Shown here piece after piece: positions 1 through 9,366 of a DNA stretch of 64,000 bases (within the stretch, counting starts at the first letter, position 1; every line of letters starts with the position of its first letter). The position numbers were made by a program, and so were the translations under genes. Under the pieces are notes generated by a model. It did not search any database, was not told the DNA's origin, and worked only from the letters and a program-made list of their open reading frames with translations. The stretch is from an uncultured Clostridia bacterium (GTDB taxonomy: Bacteria > Bacillota > Clostridia > Christensenellales > UBA1242), in assembly GCA_944345705.1 (NCBI GenBank), contig CALVML010000001.1:34871-98870 (forward strand), given 5' to 3'.

Positions 1-473
1 AAACAAGTGAAATAATTGAAATTGGAGCAGTTAAAATAGAAAATGGCGAGATTAAAGAAAGATTTTCGTCTTTTGCAAAACCTAAATTTCCTATTCCACT
101 TGAAGCACAAAAAATAAACAATATTACAAATGAAATGGTCGAATTTGCACCAAAGATTGAAGATGTCATAATAGATTTTTATAATTGGTCAAGAGGTTGT
201 ATAATCAGCGGATATAATATAGTTGGCTTTGATATGAAATTTTTGACAAAAGTTGCAAGTAAAATAGGGCTAAAATTTGACAATGAAATCATTGACACTA
301 TGATAGTAGTAAGACAGTCTAAATTACGTACAACAAATTATAAACTCACGACAGTGGCTAAGACATTAGGTATCGACTTGACAGATGCTCATAGAGCCTA
401 TAACGATGCTCACGCGACTGCTAAAGTCTTAATGGAACTTCATAAACTTAAGAAAAACAAAAATAAATCTTAA
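1..473 (+). CDS. DEDDh 3'-5' exonuclease, PolC/epsilon-type (5' end outside window)
   Basis: Frame open from window edge (EIIEIGAVKIENGEI); ExoII YNIVGFDMKFL and ExoIII HRAYNDAHATA motifs; lies directly upstream of rimP, the usual polC position. Confidence 0.85.
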   Translation, partial: TSEIIEIGAVKIENGEIKERFSSFAKPKFPIPLEAQKINNITNEMVEFAPKIEDVIIDFYNWSRGCIISGYNIVGFDMKFLTKVASKIGLKFDNEIIDTMIVVRQSKLRTTNYKLTTVAKTLGIDLTDAHRAYNDAHATAKVLMELHKLKKNKNKS

Positions 474-544
474 TTTGATTTTAAATAAAGTTGAAAAATG
501 CTTGATTTTAATATATATATTTGTTATAATATAATTGACTTAAT

Positions 545-573
545 GGGGAGCGTGCAAAATTGCAACGCTCCCT
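545..573 (+). promoter_or_regulatory. GC-rich leader hairpin upstream of rimP
   Basis: GGGAGCGT-GCAAAATTGCA-ACGCTCCC inverted repeat between a TATAAT -10 (~525) and the rimP SD. Confidence 0.55.
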
Positions 574-595
574 ACTTCATAAAAAGGGGGATATA

Positions 596-1057
596 ATGGC
601 TGGAAAAGTTAAAACTATATGCGAAGAAAAAATTTCGCCGATCATTGAAGAAATGGGATATGAAGTTGTCGATATAGAATATAGCAAGAAATCGGACGGT
701 ATGAATTTAATATTCTACATTGACAATGAAAATGGTGTAAACATTGAAGATTGTGAAAAGGTTTCTAAAGTGATTGATCCTATTCTTGACGAAATCAATC
801 CAACTGATGATCAGACTTATATATTGAGTGTGAGTTCGCCAGGAATTGATAGGCCACTTAAAACTGATCGCGATTTTAAACGCAATATAGGAAATGAAAT
901 ATCAATAACAACATTTTCCAAGATTGATGGAAATAAAAAATTCGAAGGCAAACTTATCTCTTTCGATGAGAAACAAGTCACTATTGAACAAAAAGAAAAA
1001 CAGATATCTATTCAACGAAATCAAATTGCACACATTGTGCCAATTATAAAATTTTAA
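596..1057 (+). CDS. rimP: Ribosome maturation factor RimP
   Basis: Y-x-L-x-VSSPGIDRPL motif; SD GGGGG before ATG 596 (track start 560 too long); precedes nusA. Confidence 0.95.
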   Translation: MAGKVKTICEEKISPIIEEMGYEVVDIEYSKKSDGMNLIFYIDNENGVNIEDCEKVSKVIDPILDEINPTDDQTYILSVSSPGIDRPLKTDRDFKRNIGNEISITTFSKIDGNKKFEGKLISFDEKQVTIEQKEKQISIQRNQIAHIVPIIKF

Positions 1058-1069
1058 GGAGAGTTAAAA

Positions 1070-2245
1070 ATGATAAATAAAGATTTTTTTCAAGCGTTAG
1101 AAGACTTAGAAAATGAAAAGAAAATTGATAAGGAAACTTTTATTTCAACTTTAGAAACTGCTTTGACTTCTGCTTACAAGAAGATGTATGGAGAAGCAAA
1201 AAGTGCTATGGTAAAACTTAATCCAGAGAAAGCGACAATTAAAATTTTCTCTTATAAGACTGTAGTAGATCAAGTTCAAGATCCTGATAAAGAGATTTCA
1301 CTTAACGAAGCAAAGCTTATAAAGAAATCTTATAAGGTCGGTGATATTGTACAAAGTGAAGAGTCTACAAAAGATTTTGGAAGAATTGCCGCTCAAACTG
1401 CTAAACAAGTTGTTATGCAAAAGCTTAAAGAGATGGAAAGACAGATGGCTTTAAGCGAGCTTTCTGAAAAAGAAGATGAAATTCTTACTACTATTGTAAA
1501 AAGAATAGACAGTGGCACAGTTTATCTTCAACTGTCAAATACTCACACTGAGGGCGTAATGCTTCCATCTGATCAAATTCCTGGGGAAAAATACAATGTA
1601 GGTGATAGAGTGAAAGTCTATGTTAAAAAAATCAAGGACTCATTCAAAGGAACACAAGTACAAGTTACTCGTTCTAACATTGGATTTGTACGCAAATTAT
1701 TTGAACTTGAAATACCAGAAGTTGCATCAGGTGATATCAAAATAAAGAACATATCTCGTGATCCTGGCAATAGGACTAAAGTTGCTGTTTATACTGAAAA
1801 AGCAAATATTGATCCTATTGGAACATGTGTTGGCTATCACGGTCAAAGAATAGACACAATTATTTCTGAACTCAATGGAGAAAAGATTGACCTAATTGAA
1901 TATAGCGATGATCCACTTGAATACATCGCAAAAGCTTTAAGCCCAGCAACTGTTTTAAGTGTAGAAACAAATGACAGCTTGCATTCATCAAGAGTAATTG
2001 TACCGGATGATAAACTATCGCTCGCAATTGGTAAAAATGGACAAAACGTACGACTTGCAGCTAAACTTACTGGATGGAAAATTGAAGTTAAACCACAAAG
2101 TTCAGTTCAAAATACAACATTAGAAGAACCTGAATATGAGCTTACTGAACTCAACGATGATGAAGCATTTGAAGGTTTTGACGATATAGATGAACTTGAA
2201 GAAATTCCTTCAATTGATGATTCAAGTGACGATAATAATGAATAA
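1070..2245 (+). CDS. nusA: Transcription termination factor NusA
   Basis: FGRIAAQTAKQV, LSLAIGKNGQNVRLAAKLTGWKI motifs. Confidence 0.98.
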   Translation: MINKDFFQALEDLENEKKIDKETFISTLETALTSAYKKMYGEAKSAMVKLNPEKATIKIFSYKTVVDQVQDPDKEISLNEAKLIKKSYKVGDIVQSEESTKDFGRIAAQTAKQVVMQKLKEMERQMALSELSEKEDEILTTIVKRIDSGTVYLQLSNTHTEGVMLPSDQIPGEKYNVGDRVKVYVKKIKDSFKGTQVQVTRSNIGFVRKLFELEIPEVASGDIKIKNISRDPGNRTKVAVYTEKANIDPIGTCVGYHGQRIDTIISELNGEKIDLIEYSDDPLEYIAKALSPATVLSVETNDSLHSSRVIVPDDKLSLAIGKNGQNVRLAAKLTGWKIEVKPQSSVQNTTLEEPEYELTELNDDEAFEGFDDIDELEEIPSIDDSSDDNNE

Positions 2246-2256
2246 ATGGAAAGAAC

Positions 2257-2520
2257 ATGGAAAGATTAAGAATGTGTATAGTCTGCAGAAATATGTATGA
2301 CAAAAGGCAACTAAATCGTATAGTGAAAGATAAAGAAGGAAATGTCTTTTACGATGAGACTGGCAAAAAAAATGGTAGAGGTGCTTATGTATGCTCAAAT
2401 GAAGAATGCCTTAAAAAACTTGCCAAAAATCGCATATTAAATAAAGCATTTAAGATGCAAATAAACGAAGAAACATATAATCAAATTATGGAGAAAATTA
2501 TTGGACAGACAAAAAATTGA
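2257..2520 (+). CDS. ylxR: YlxR/RnpM (DUF448) RNA-binding protein
   Basis: RMCIVCR and GRGAYVC motifs; conserved position after nusA. Confidence 0.93.
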   Translation: MERLRMCIVCRNMYDKRQLNRIVKDKEGNVFYDETGKKNGRGAYVCSNEECLKKLAKNRILNKAFKMQINEETYNQIMEKIIGQTKN

Positions 2521-2794
2521 AGGTTATTTGAATATTGCAAAGAAGGCAGGATATCTCCTGATTGGAGGAGATAATATAGAAAATGCAATTTTGCATAATA
2601 GAAAAATATATCTTGTTCTCTATGAACCTTCTATCCAAAATAACTCGCTTAAAATTATAAGAAAAGCTGAAGAGCGATCTATCCTTACAAAATCGCTTGA
2701 AGGTATATCGAATTATATAAAAATAAAAAATTGTAAGATTATAGCATTGAAAAATAAGAATTTAAGTGATATTATATATAATATAATAGACTAA
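2501..2794 (+). CDS. ylxQ: L7Ae-like protein YlxQ (divergent)
   Basis: LNIAKKAGYLLIGGD N-terminal motif; between ylxR and infB. Confidence 0.75.
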   Translation: MDRQKIEGYLNIAKKAGYLLIGGDNIENAILHNRKIYLVLYEPSIQNNSLKIIRKAEERSILTKSLEGISNYIKIKNCKIIALKNKNLSDIIYNIID

Positions 2795-2806
2795 AAGGAG
2801 CAAATC

Positions 2807-5248
2807 TTGGCGAATCAAACATTACAGAACTTAAAGAAAATACATGATTTACAAAAAGTCGGTGAAATATCTCAACTTTTAAAGGAGATTAAAAACTCTA
2901 AAGTACAAGTTGAGAGTCTTTCTAATAAAATAATTGAAAAGCGCAAAGAATTACTTGCAAAAATCGAAAGGCAAAATCAAGAAGTTAAAAAAGAAACGGT
3001 AGAGAATGTCGTGCCTAATGAAAATGTAAACAAACAACAGACAAAAGACATTCAATACGATAATAAGCGTGTTTTTGACAATAAACAACAATCAAATAAT
3101 AGAAACAACGCACAAAATAGACCTTTTGATAAAAATAAGCCTTTCAATAAAGATAGGAAAGATTTCGCCAAATCTAATCAACCACAAAACAAGAATTTTG
3201 GAAAGAAAACTGGGACTGGTTTTATATCAGCCAAAGCCAACAATTTCCGTTCTTTTGCTAACGATTTGCCAGAGATTGATTTCAAGAATGAAAGATCTCA
3301 TGCTAACAAAGCAAAATTTGCTCAAAAGTATTCTAACAATGATGAAAGAAAATCACAAAATAGACGCAATGACGAACAAAGAAAGAACAATGTATTTATA
3401 GAAGATGAGAATGGCTTCGAAGAGATGTCTTTTGGTTCTAGAAAGAGTGTTAAGAAAAAGAAAGACACATCACAAAAAGTAAATACAGTGACTATTACTC
3501 ATGCCACATTAACTGCTAAAGAGATTACTGTTAAAGATTTCAGCGAAAAAATTGGTAAACCTGTTACTGAAATTGTCAAAAAATTGATGCTACTTGGAAT
3601 TATGGCTACCATCAATTCAAATATAGATTATGAAACTGCTGAACTTGTAGCAAGCGATTTTGGCATTACACTTGAGTTAAAAATAGATAAGTCGTTTGAA
3701 GAAAAATTGCTTGAATCAGCAAATGAAGAAGATGATGCATCAAAACTTGTTAAGCGTCCGCCAATTGTTGCAGTTATGGGACATGTTGACCATGGTAAGA
3801 CATCACTACTTGATGCATTTAGAAAAACAAATGTCGTAGCTGGGGAAGCGGGTGGTATTACACAGAGTATAGGTGCTTATCAAATTGAGTTTAATGGAGA
3901 AAAGATAACATTTATTGATACTCCTGGACACGCGGCATTTACACAAATGCGTGCTAGAGGTGCACAGGCTACTGATATTGCAATACTTGTTGTTGCTGCA
4001 GATGATGGAGTTATGCCACAAACCGTGGAAGCAATAAATCATATAAAGGCTGCGGGTGTTCCTGTTATTGTGGCAATTAATAAAATGGATAAGCCAGAAG
4101 CAAATCCTGACAGAATCAAGCAACAACTCGCGGAATATAACATTCTTCCTGAAGAATGGGGCGGAGATGCAATCTGTGTTCCTATTTCAGCTAAAACGGG
4201 AATGGGACTTGACGACTTAAAACAGGCAATATTACTTGTTAGTGAAATGCTAGATCTTAAGGCAAATCCTGACAAAATGGCTACAGCGGTTGTAATTGAG
4301 GCAGAACTTGATAAAAATCGCGGTGCCGTTGCGTCAGTTATTGTTGAAAATGGAACTCTCCATGTTGGAGATTCAATCATGTCTGGTTTAACCTATGGAA
4401 AGGTGAGGGCAATGTTCTCTGACAAAGGTAAACCTATAAAAGAAGCTCTTCCATCTACACCTGTTGAAATTCTCGGTCTTAATGAAGTGCCAAGTGCTGG
4501 TGATCAAGTATATGCGGTAGATGAATCTCTTTCTAAACAAGTTATACAAGAGCGTATTACAAACATTAAAAAACAACGCGCTAGTCAGTCTTCTGGGGTT
4601 ACACTTGATAACTTTATGAATAGAGTACAAGAAGGAGCTTTAAAAAATCTTAATATAATAATCAAAGCCGATACTATGGGTTCTGTTGAAGCCTTGAAAA
4701 ACACACTTGCTGGCATTAAAAACGATGAGGCGAAAGTCAATATCGTCCACAGCGGTGCAGGTGCAGTTACTGAAAGTGATGTAGACCTTGCAAAAACTAC
4801 TGAATCTATAATTATCTCTTTCAATCAAAAACCTGTAGCCAAGGCGAAAATACTTGCTGATAAAAATAAGGTTCAAATTAAGGAATATAAGATCATATAC
4901 GAAGTTGTTGACGATATTACAAATGCTATTAATGGTATGCTAAGTGTTAAATATGAAGAAGTTTATATTGGACTTGCAGAGATTAGAATGGTGTTCAAGT
5001 TGTCAACTGCAGGAAAAGTTGCTGGCTCGTATATTAAAGATGGTAAAGCAGCACGAAATGCTATAGTTTATATCAAACGCGGAAATGAAGAAATCGGACA
5101 AAGCACTATAGAATCTTTAAAGATTGTTAAAGATGAAAAAGCCGAAGTGCAAAAGGGCTTTGAATGCGGTATTAAACTTAGAGATAATATAGACTTTAAA
5201 GAAGGAGATTTAATCGAAATCTATTCAAAAGAAGTCGTTAAAAGATAA
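2807..5248 (+). CDS. infB: Translation initiation factor IF-2
   Basis: [24 protein letters not shown] GTPase motifs; TTG start after AGGAG. Confidence 0.98.
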   Translation: MANQTLQNLKKIHDLQKVGEISQLLKEIKNSKVQVESLSNKIIEKRKELLAKIERQNQEVKKETVENVVPNENVNKQQTKDIQYDNKRVFDNKQQSNNRNNAQNRPFDKNKPFNKDRKDFAKSNQPQNKNFGKKTGTGFISAKANNFRSFANDLPEIDFKNERSHANKAKFAQKYSNNDERKSQNRRNDEQRKNNVFIEDENGFEEMSFGSRKSVKKKKDTSQKVNTVTITHATLTAKEITVKDFSEKIGKPVTEIVKKLMLLGIMATINSNIDYETAELVASDFGITLELKIDKSFEEKLLESANEEDDASKLVKRPPIVAVMGHVDHGKTSLLDAFRKTNVVAGEAGGITQSIGAYQIEFNGEKITFIDTPGHAAFTQMRARGAQATDIAILVVAADDGVMPQTVEAINHIKAAGVPVIVAINKMDKPEANPDRIKQQLAEYNILPEEWGGDAICVPISAKTGMGLDDLKQAILLVSEMLDLKANPDKMATAVVIEAELDKNRGAVASVIVENGTLHVGDSIMSGLTYGKVRAMFSDKGKPIKEALPSTPVEILGLNEVPSAGDQVYAVDESLSKQVIQERITNIKKQRASQSSGVTLDNFMNRVQEGALKNLNIIIKADTMGSVEALKNTLAGIKNDEAKVNIVHSGAGAVTESDVDLAKTTESIIISFNQKPVAKAKILADKNKVQIKEYKIIYEVVDDITNAINGMLSVKYEEVYIGLAEIRMVFKLSTAGKVAGSYIKDGKAARNAIVYIKRGNEEIGQSTIESLKIVKDEKAEVQKGFECGIKLRDNIDFKEGDLIEIYSKEVVKR

Positions 5249-5303
5249 AATATATAAAAATAAAGGAAAGATAACTACTTTCCTTTTTAAAAAGGAGAAC
5301 AAT

Positions 5304-5675
5304 ATGTCACTAAGATTTGAGCGCGCGAATAGCGAAATTAAAAGATGTTTATCTGATATTATACAGACGCGTATGAATAACCCTCATCTTAATCCAATGC
5401 TTTATGTAAGTGAAGTTGATATAAGCAAAGATTTTAAATACTGCAAGGTAAAAATTGCCTTGGACAGTGAAGATGAGAAAGAACTTGAAAAAAATATTCA
5501 GATTTTGCAAAATGCTGAAGGATTTATCAAGAGAGAACTTGCAAATCTTGTAAGAATGCCTTCTGTGCCAAAATTGCAATTTGAAATTGACAAAGGAACT
5601 AGTGCTACAATAAGGATCAATGAAATACTCAAGAACTTAAATATACCAAAGGAAGAAGATGGTGATAATGAATAA
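5304..5675 (+). CDS. rbfA: Ribosome-binding factor A
   Basis: Follows infB; AEGFIKRELA..R..P.LQF.ID motif. Confidence 0.95.
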   Translation: MSLRFERANSEIKRCLSDIIQTRMNNPHLNPMLYVSEVDISKDFKYCKVKIALDSEDEKELEKNIQILQNAEGFIKRELANLVRMPSVPKLQFEIDKGTSATIRINEILKNLNIPKEEDGDNE

Positions 5676-6624
5676 ACTAATCAAACAAATTAAGAAAGTT
5701 ATATATAGAGCAAATAACATAGCAATATTTTCACATGTAAGCCCAGATTTTGATGCTCTAGGATCGTCATTTGCACTTCAATACTTTTTAAAATCCATCA
5801 ACAAAAATGCTAAGTTTTTTTGTAATGATGATTTAACACTAAAAGAAAAAATGCTTTTCGATGAACATTCTATAGGCAAAACTTTCAAAATAGAAGATTT
5901 TGATTTGGTAATTTCTGTAGATACGCCTTCCATCCAAATGCTAGGAATATATGGTGAAGATTTTATGAAAAGCGCAAATAGGATTGTTATAGATCATCAC
6001 CAAAATATTGACCTAAACGGTCAAGTTACTCTTGTTGATACAACATTTTCATCGTGCTGTGAAATTGTTTTCAAAATTTTAAAAAGTTTTAGAAAACCTT
6101 TATCGAAAGAAGTAGTTTCTGCTCTTTATGCTGGTCTTTCTACTGATACAAATTCATTTGTCAATACCAATACCACAGTAAACTCTTTTATGACTGCCTA
6201 TGAACTTATGAATTTAGGCGCTGATGTAGTTAAAATCAATGAAACAATCTATAGAACAAAAACTTTAAAAGAAATAGACTTTAAAAAATACGTTCTTTCA
6301 AATATGGTTATTAAAGATGACATAGCATATTGTCTTATGCCTAAAAAACAACTTGACAAAATGCATGGTACTAAAAGTGATTGTAGTGGTATAAGTAGTG
6401 ATTTAGTGGCTTATCAGGGGGTGAATATTGCCTTTTCTATTGTAGAGGAAGAGAATTCTGTTTTTAAAGTGTCTTTTAGAAGCAAGTATGGCTATGATGT
6501 TCGAAAAATTGCAAATTTCATTGGAGGCGGTGGTCATATTGGTGCTTCAGGTGCAACTCTAAAGGGTGATAATATAAATCAAATCAAGGATAAGGTTTTA
6601 GATGCGATTGATAAAAATCGATAA
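5668..6624 (+). CDS. nrnA: DHH/DHHA1 phosphoesterase (NrnA-like)
   Basis: HVSPDFDALGS, IDHH, GGGH motifs; rbfA-DHH-truB synteny. Confidence 0.9.
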   Translation: MNKLIKQIKKVIYRANNIAIFSHVSPDFDALGSSFALQYFLKSINKNAKFFCNDDLTLKEKMLFDEHSIGKTFKIEDFDLVISVDTPSIQMLGIYGEDFMKSANRIVIDHHQNIDLNGQVTLVDTTFSSCCEIVFKILKSFRKPLSKEVVSALYAGLSTDTNSFVNTNTTVNSFMTAYELMNLGADVVKINETIYRTKTLKEIDFKKYVLSNMVIKDDIAYCLMPKKQLDKMHGTKSDCSGISSDLVAYQGVNIAFSIVEEENSVFKVSFRSKYGYDVRKIANFIGGGGHIGASGATLKGDNINQIKDKVLDAIDKNR

Positions 6625-6648
6625 TATTTTAAATTTCTAAGGTAAAGT

Positions 6649-7494
6649 ATGAAAATAAATGGCATCATATTAGTAAATAAGGAAAGTGGCTTTTCATCAA
6701 ATCAAGTAGTAGGTAAAGTCAAATATCTTTTAAAAACAAATAAAGCTGGTCACTTAGGTACACTTGATGTGCTAGGCAGGGGATTACTCCCTATAACTCT
6801 TGGCAGAGGGACCAAACTTTTTGACTATTTTTTAAATAAGGATAAAACTTACCAAACTATATTTGAATTTGGTTTTGCTACTACTACTTTAGATAGAGAA
6901 GGGGAAATAACCGATAAAAATGATGTTGAAGTGTCGCTTGAACAATTGCAAAATGTTTGTCAAAAGTTTATTGGAAAACAAGATCAGTTGCCACCTATTT
7001 ATTCGGCAAAAAAGATAAATGGTAAAAAAGCTTATGAACTTGCAAGAGCAGGTAAAAGTGTTGATTTAAAGCCAAAACAGATTGAAATTTATGATTTAAG
7101 AGTTTTAAAACAGATTGAAAAGAATAAGTTTTTGCTTGAAGTGCATTGCTCGAGTGGAACTTATATTCGCTCTCTATGTAGAGATATTGCAAGCAGCCTT
7201 GGTACATTTGGTGTTATGCAAGACATACTACGCACAAAATGTGGCAGTTTTGATATCAAGGAAAGTTTTACAATAGAAGATATAGAACAAGGCAAATATA
7301 AAATTATTCCATTAGATACAGTTTTTGACTATGAAAAATTGATTACTTACGAAGCAGATAAATTGCTAAATGGTCAGCTTATAAACACAGATTATCAAGA
7401 TGGAATTTATAGAATTTACACTGATAACAGTTTGTTTTTAGGTATAGGGAATGTGAAGAATAAGAGATTAAAATTAGATATGCGATTGATTTAA
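6649..7494 (+). CDS. truB: tRNA pseudouridine(55) synthase
   Basis: AGHLGTLD and CSSGTYIRSLCRD motifs. Confidence 0.96.
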   Translation: MKINGIILVNKESGFSSNQVVGKVKYLLKTNKAGHLGTLDVLGRGLLPITLGRGTKLFDYFLNKDKTYQTIFEFGFATTTLDREGEITDKNDVEVSLEQLQNVCQKFIGKQDQLPPIYSAKKINGKKAYELARAGKSVDLKPKQIEIYDLRVLKQIEKNKFLLEVHCSSGTYIRSLCRDIASSLGTFGVMQDILRTKCGSFDIKESFTIEDIEQGKYKIIPLDTVFDYEKLITYEADKLLNGQLINTDYQDGIYRIYTDNSLFLGIGNVKNKRLKLDMRLI

Positions 7495-7633
7495 AGTGAA
7501 TTTATTGTTTCAAAACAAGTATTTAAATTGGTGCAAAATGTATTGGCTGAAAGCGACTGACTAGCTTTAAGTTTGTCTAGCTAATGGCTATAGAAAATAA
7601 CATTTAAAAATCTAAAGATAAGGAGTGAATTTT

Positions 7634-8494
7634 ATGGTTTTATTTGGACCATCTGGATGTGGAGATGAATTTTATAGTCAGGGACATAAATCTATCTTAG
7701 AAGTTCCAAAATGGATTAAAGATTATGGTCTAGATGCTTATGAATATTCTTTTGGTCATGGTTACCAAATGAGCAGTTCGCTTGCCACGCAAGCAGGAAA
7801 ACTTTTTGCGGATGAAAATATAAAAGTTTCACTACATGCACCGTTCTATATAAACTTTGCAAATCCAAGTGAAGAAATGTATGATAAAACAAAAGGTTAT
7901 ATTTTTACGGGGATAAAATTCATGAAAGCCTTTGGAGCTGATCATTTTGTGTTTCATTCAGCTTCTTGTGGAAAACTTTCTAGAGATGAGGCGCTTTCTC
8001 TTACGCGAGAAAGATTTTTAGAGCTTTTTCCTATGATAGAAAGCGAACATCTTCTTGATGAAGGTCAATATCTATGTCCCGAAACCATGGGAAAAACTAT
8101 GCAGATTGGTACATATAAGGAAGTTGTAGATCTTTGCACGATAAGCAATATCTTAGTACCAACATTTGATTTCGGCCATATCAATTCTATAGAACAAGGA
8201 AGTTTAAAAACAAAAGAAGATTTTAAGCGGATAATAGACTACAGTATAGAAAAATTGGGGTTCGATAAAACAAATAATTGTCATATCCACTTTTCAAAAA
8301 TTCAATATGGAGCTAAAGGCGAGATAAGACACTTGAATTTTGATGATACAATTTACGGTCCTGAATTTGACGGACTTGCTGAAGTTTTAATTGATTATAA
8401 ACTTTCACCAAGAATAATCTGTGAATCTATGACTAATATGCCTAAAGATGCTTTAACAATGAAAAAAATTTATAAAAAAATGCTAGACAAATAG
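7634..8494 (+). CDS. Endonuclease IV-like TIM-barrel protein
   Basis: SLHAPFYIN, PETMGK, DFGH, HIHFSKI motifs of the AP endonuclease 2 family. Confidence 0.85.
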   Translation: MVLFGPSGCGDEFYSQGHKSILEVPKWIKDYGLDAYEYSFGHGYQMSSSLATQAGKLFADENIKVSLHAPFYINFANPSEEMYDKTKGYIFTGIKFMKAFGADHFVFHSASCGKLSRDEALSLTRERFLELFPMIESEHLLDEGQYLCPETMGKTMQIGTYKEVVDLCTISNILVPTFDFGHINSIEQGSLKTKEDFKRIIDYSIEKLGFDKTNNCHIHFSKIQYGAKGEIRHLNFDDTIYGPEFDGLAEVLIDYKLSPRIICESMTNMPKDALTMKKIYKKMLDK

Positions 8495-8544
8495 CTATTT
8501 ATATGGTAAACTAATCAAGTAAAAAATTAAAGGAGAAAAATTTT

Positions 8545-9105
8545 ATGGTATTTGCTGGAGATTTTAGAAAAGGAACAACTTTTGAATGGGACGGCGCAGT
8601 TTATTCTGTCGTAGATTTCTTACATGTTAAACCTGGAAAGGGCTCGCCATTTGTAAGAGCAAAATTAAAAAATGTTATGACTGGACAAGTTAAGGAAACA
8701 ACTTTCAATCCATCTGATAAATTTCAAATAGCAGTTATTGAAAAGAAAGAGATGACTTATCTTTATAATGACGGCGAAATTTATTATTTCATGGATACAG
8801 AAACTTACGATCAAATTCCACTTAACAGAGATAGCGTAGAAGATGCTTTAAATTATGTAAAAGAGAATGAAAATTGTACAATGTATTTCTATAAAGGAAA
8901 TCCATTCTCAGTATATCCTCCAACATTTGTTGAACTTGAAGTTATCGATTGTGAACCTGGAGTACAGGGAGATACTGCAAAATCTTCTACTAAACCTGCA
9001 AAGGTTGAAACAGGATATGTTCTTAATGTTCCACTCTTTATCAACATAGGCGATAGGATTAGAATTGATACTAGAGATGGAAGTTATATGGAAAGAGTAA
9101 AGTAA
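8545..9105 (+). CDS. efp: Elongation factor P
   Basis: HVKPGKG loop and PGVQGDT..KPA motif. Confidence 0.98.
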   Translation: MVFAGDFRKGTTFEWDGAVYSVVDFLHVKPGKGSPFVRAKLKNVMTGQVKETTFNPSDKFQIAVIEKKEMTYLYNDGEIYYFMDTETYDQIPLNRDSVEDALNYVKENENCTMYFYKGNPFSVYPPTFVELEVIDCEPGVQGDTAKSSTKPAKVETGYVLNVPLFINIGDRIRIDTRDGSYMERVK

Positions 9106-9116
9106 TTGTTTCGAAT

Positions 9117-9150
9117 AAGAGTGCAAGTTTGTATAGCTTGTACTTTTTTT
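9117..9150 (+). terminator. Intrinsic terminator after efp
   Basis: AGTGCAAG...CTTGTACT stem followed by a T run. Confidence 0.65.
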
Positions 9151-9366
9151 ATAATAAGAAAATTTAAATGCTTTAATTTTGACTTTGTTACAAATATTTA
9201 TTAAATCGGCAGAGCATATTATGAAATTGTCTTTATATAAAATAAAAAATAAAATATTGTTCTGAAAAAATATATAAAAACATTTTTATATATACAATTT
9301 ATATGGTAAACTAAATCAAGAGATTTATTATATAAATTAAATTTTATATTTTAGAAAGGATAAAAA

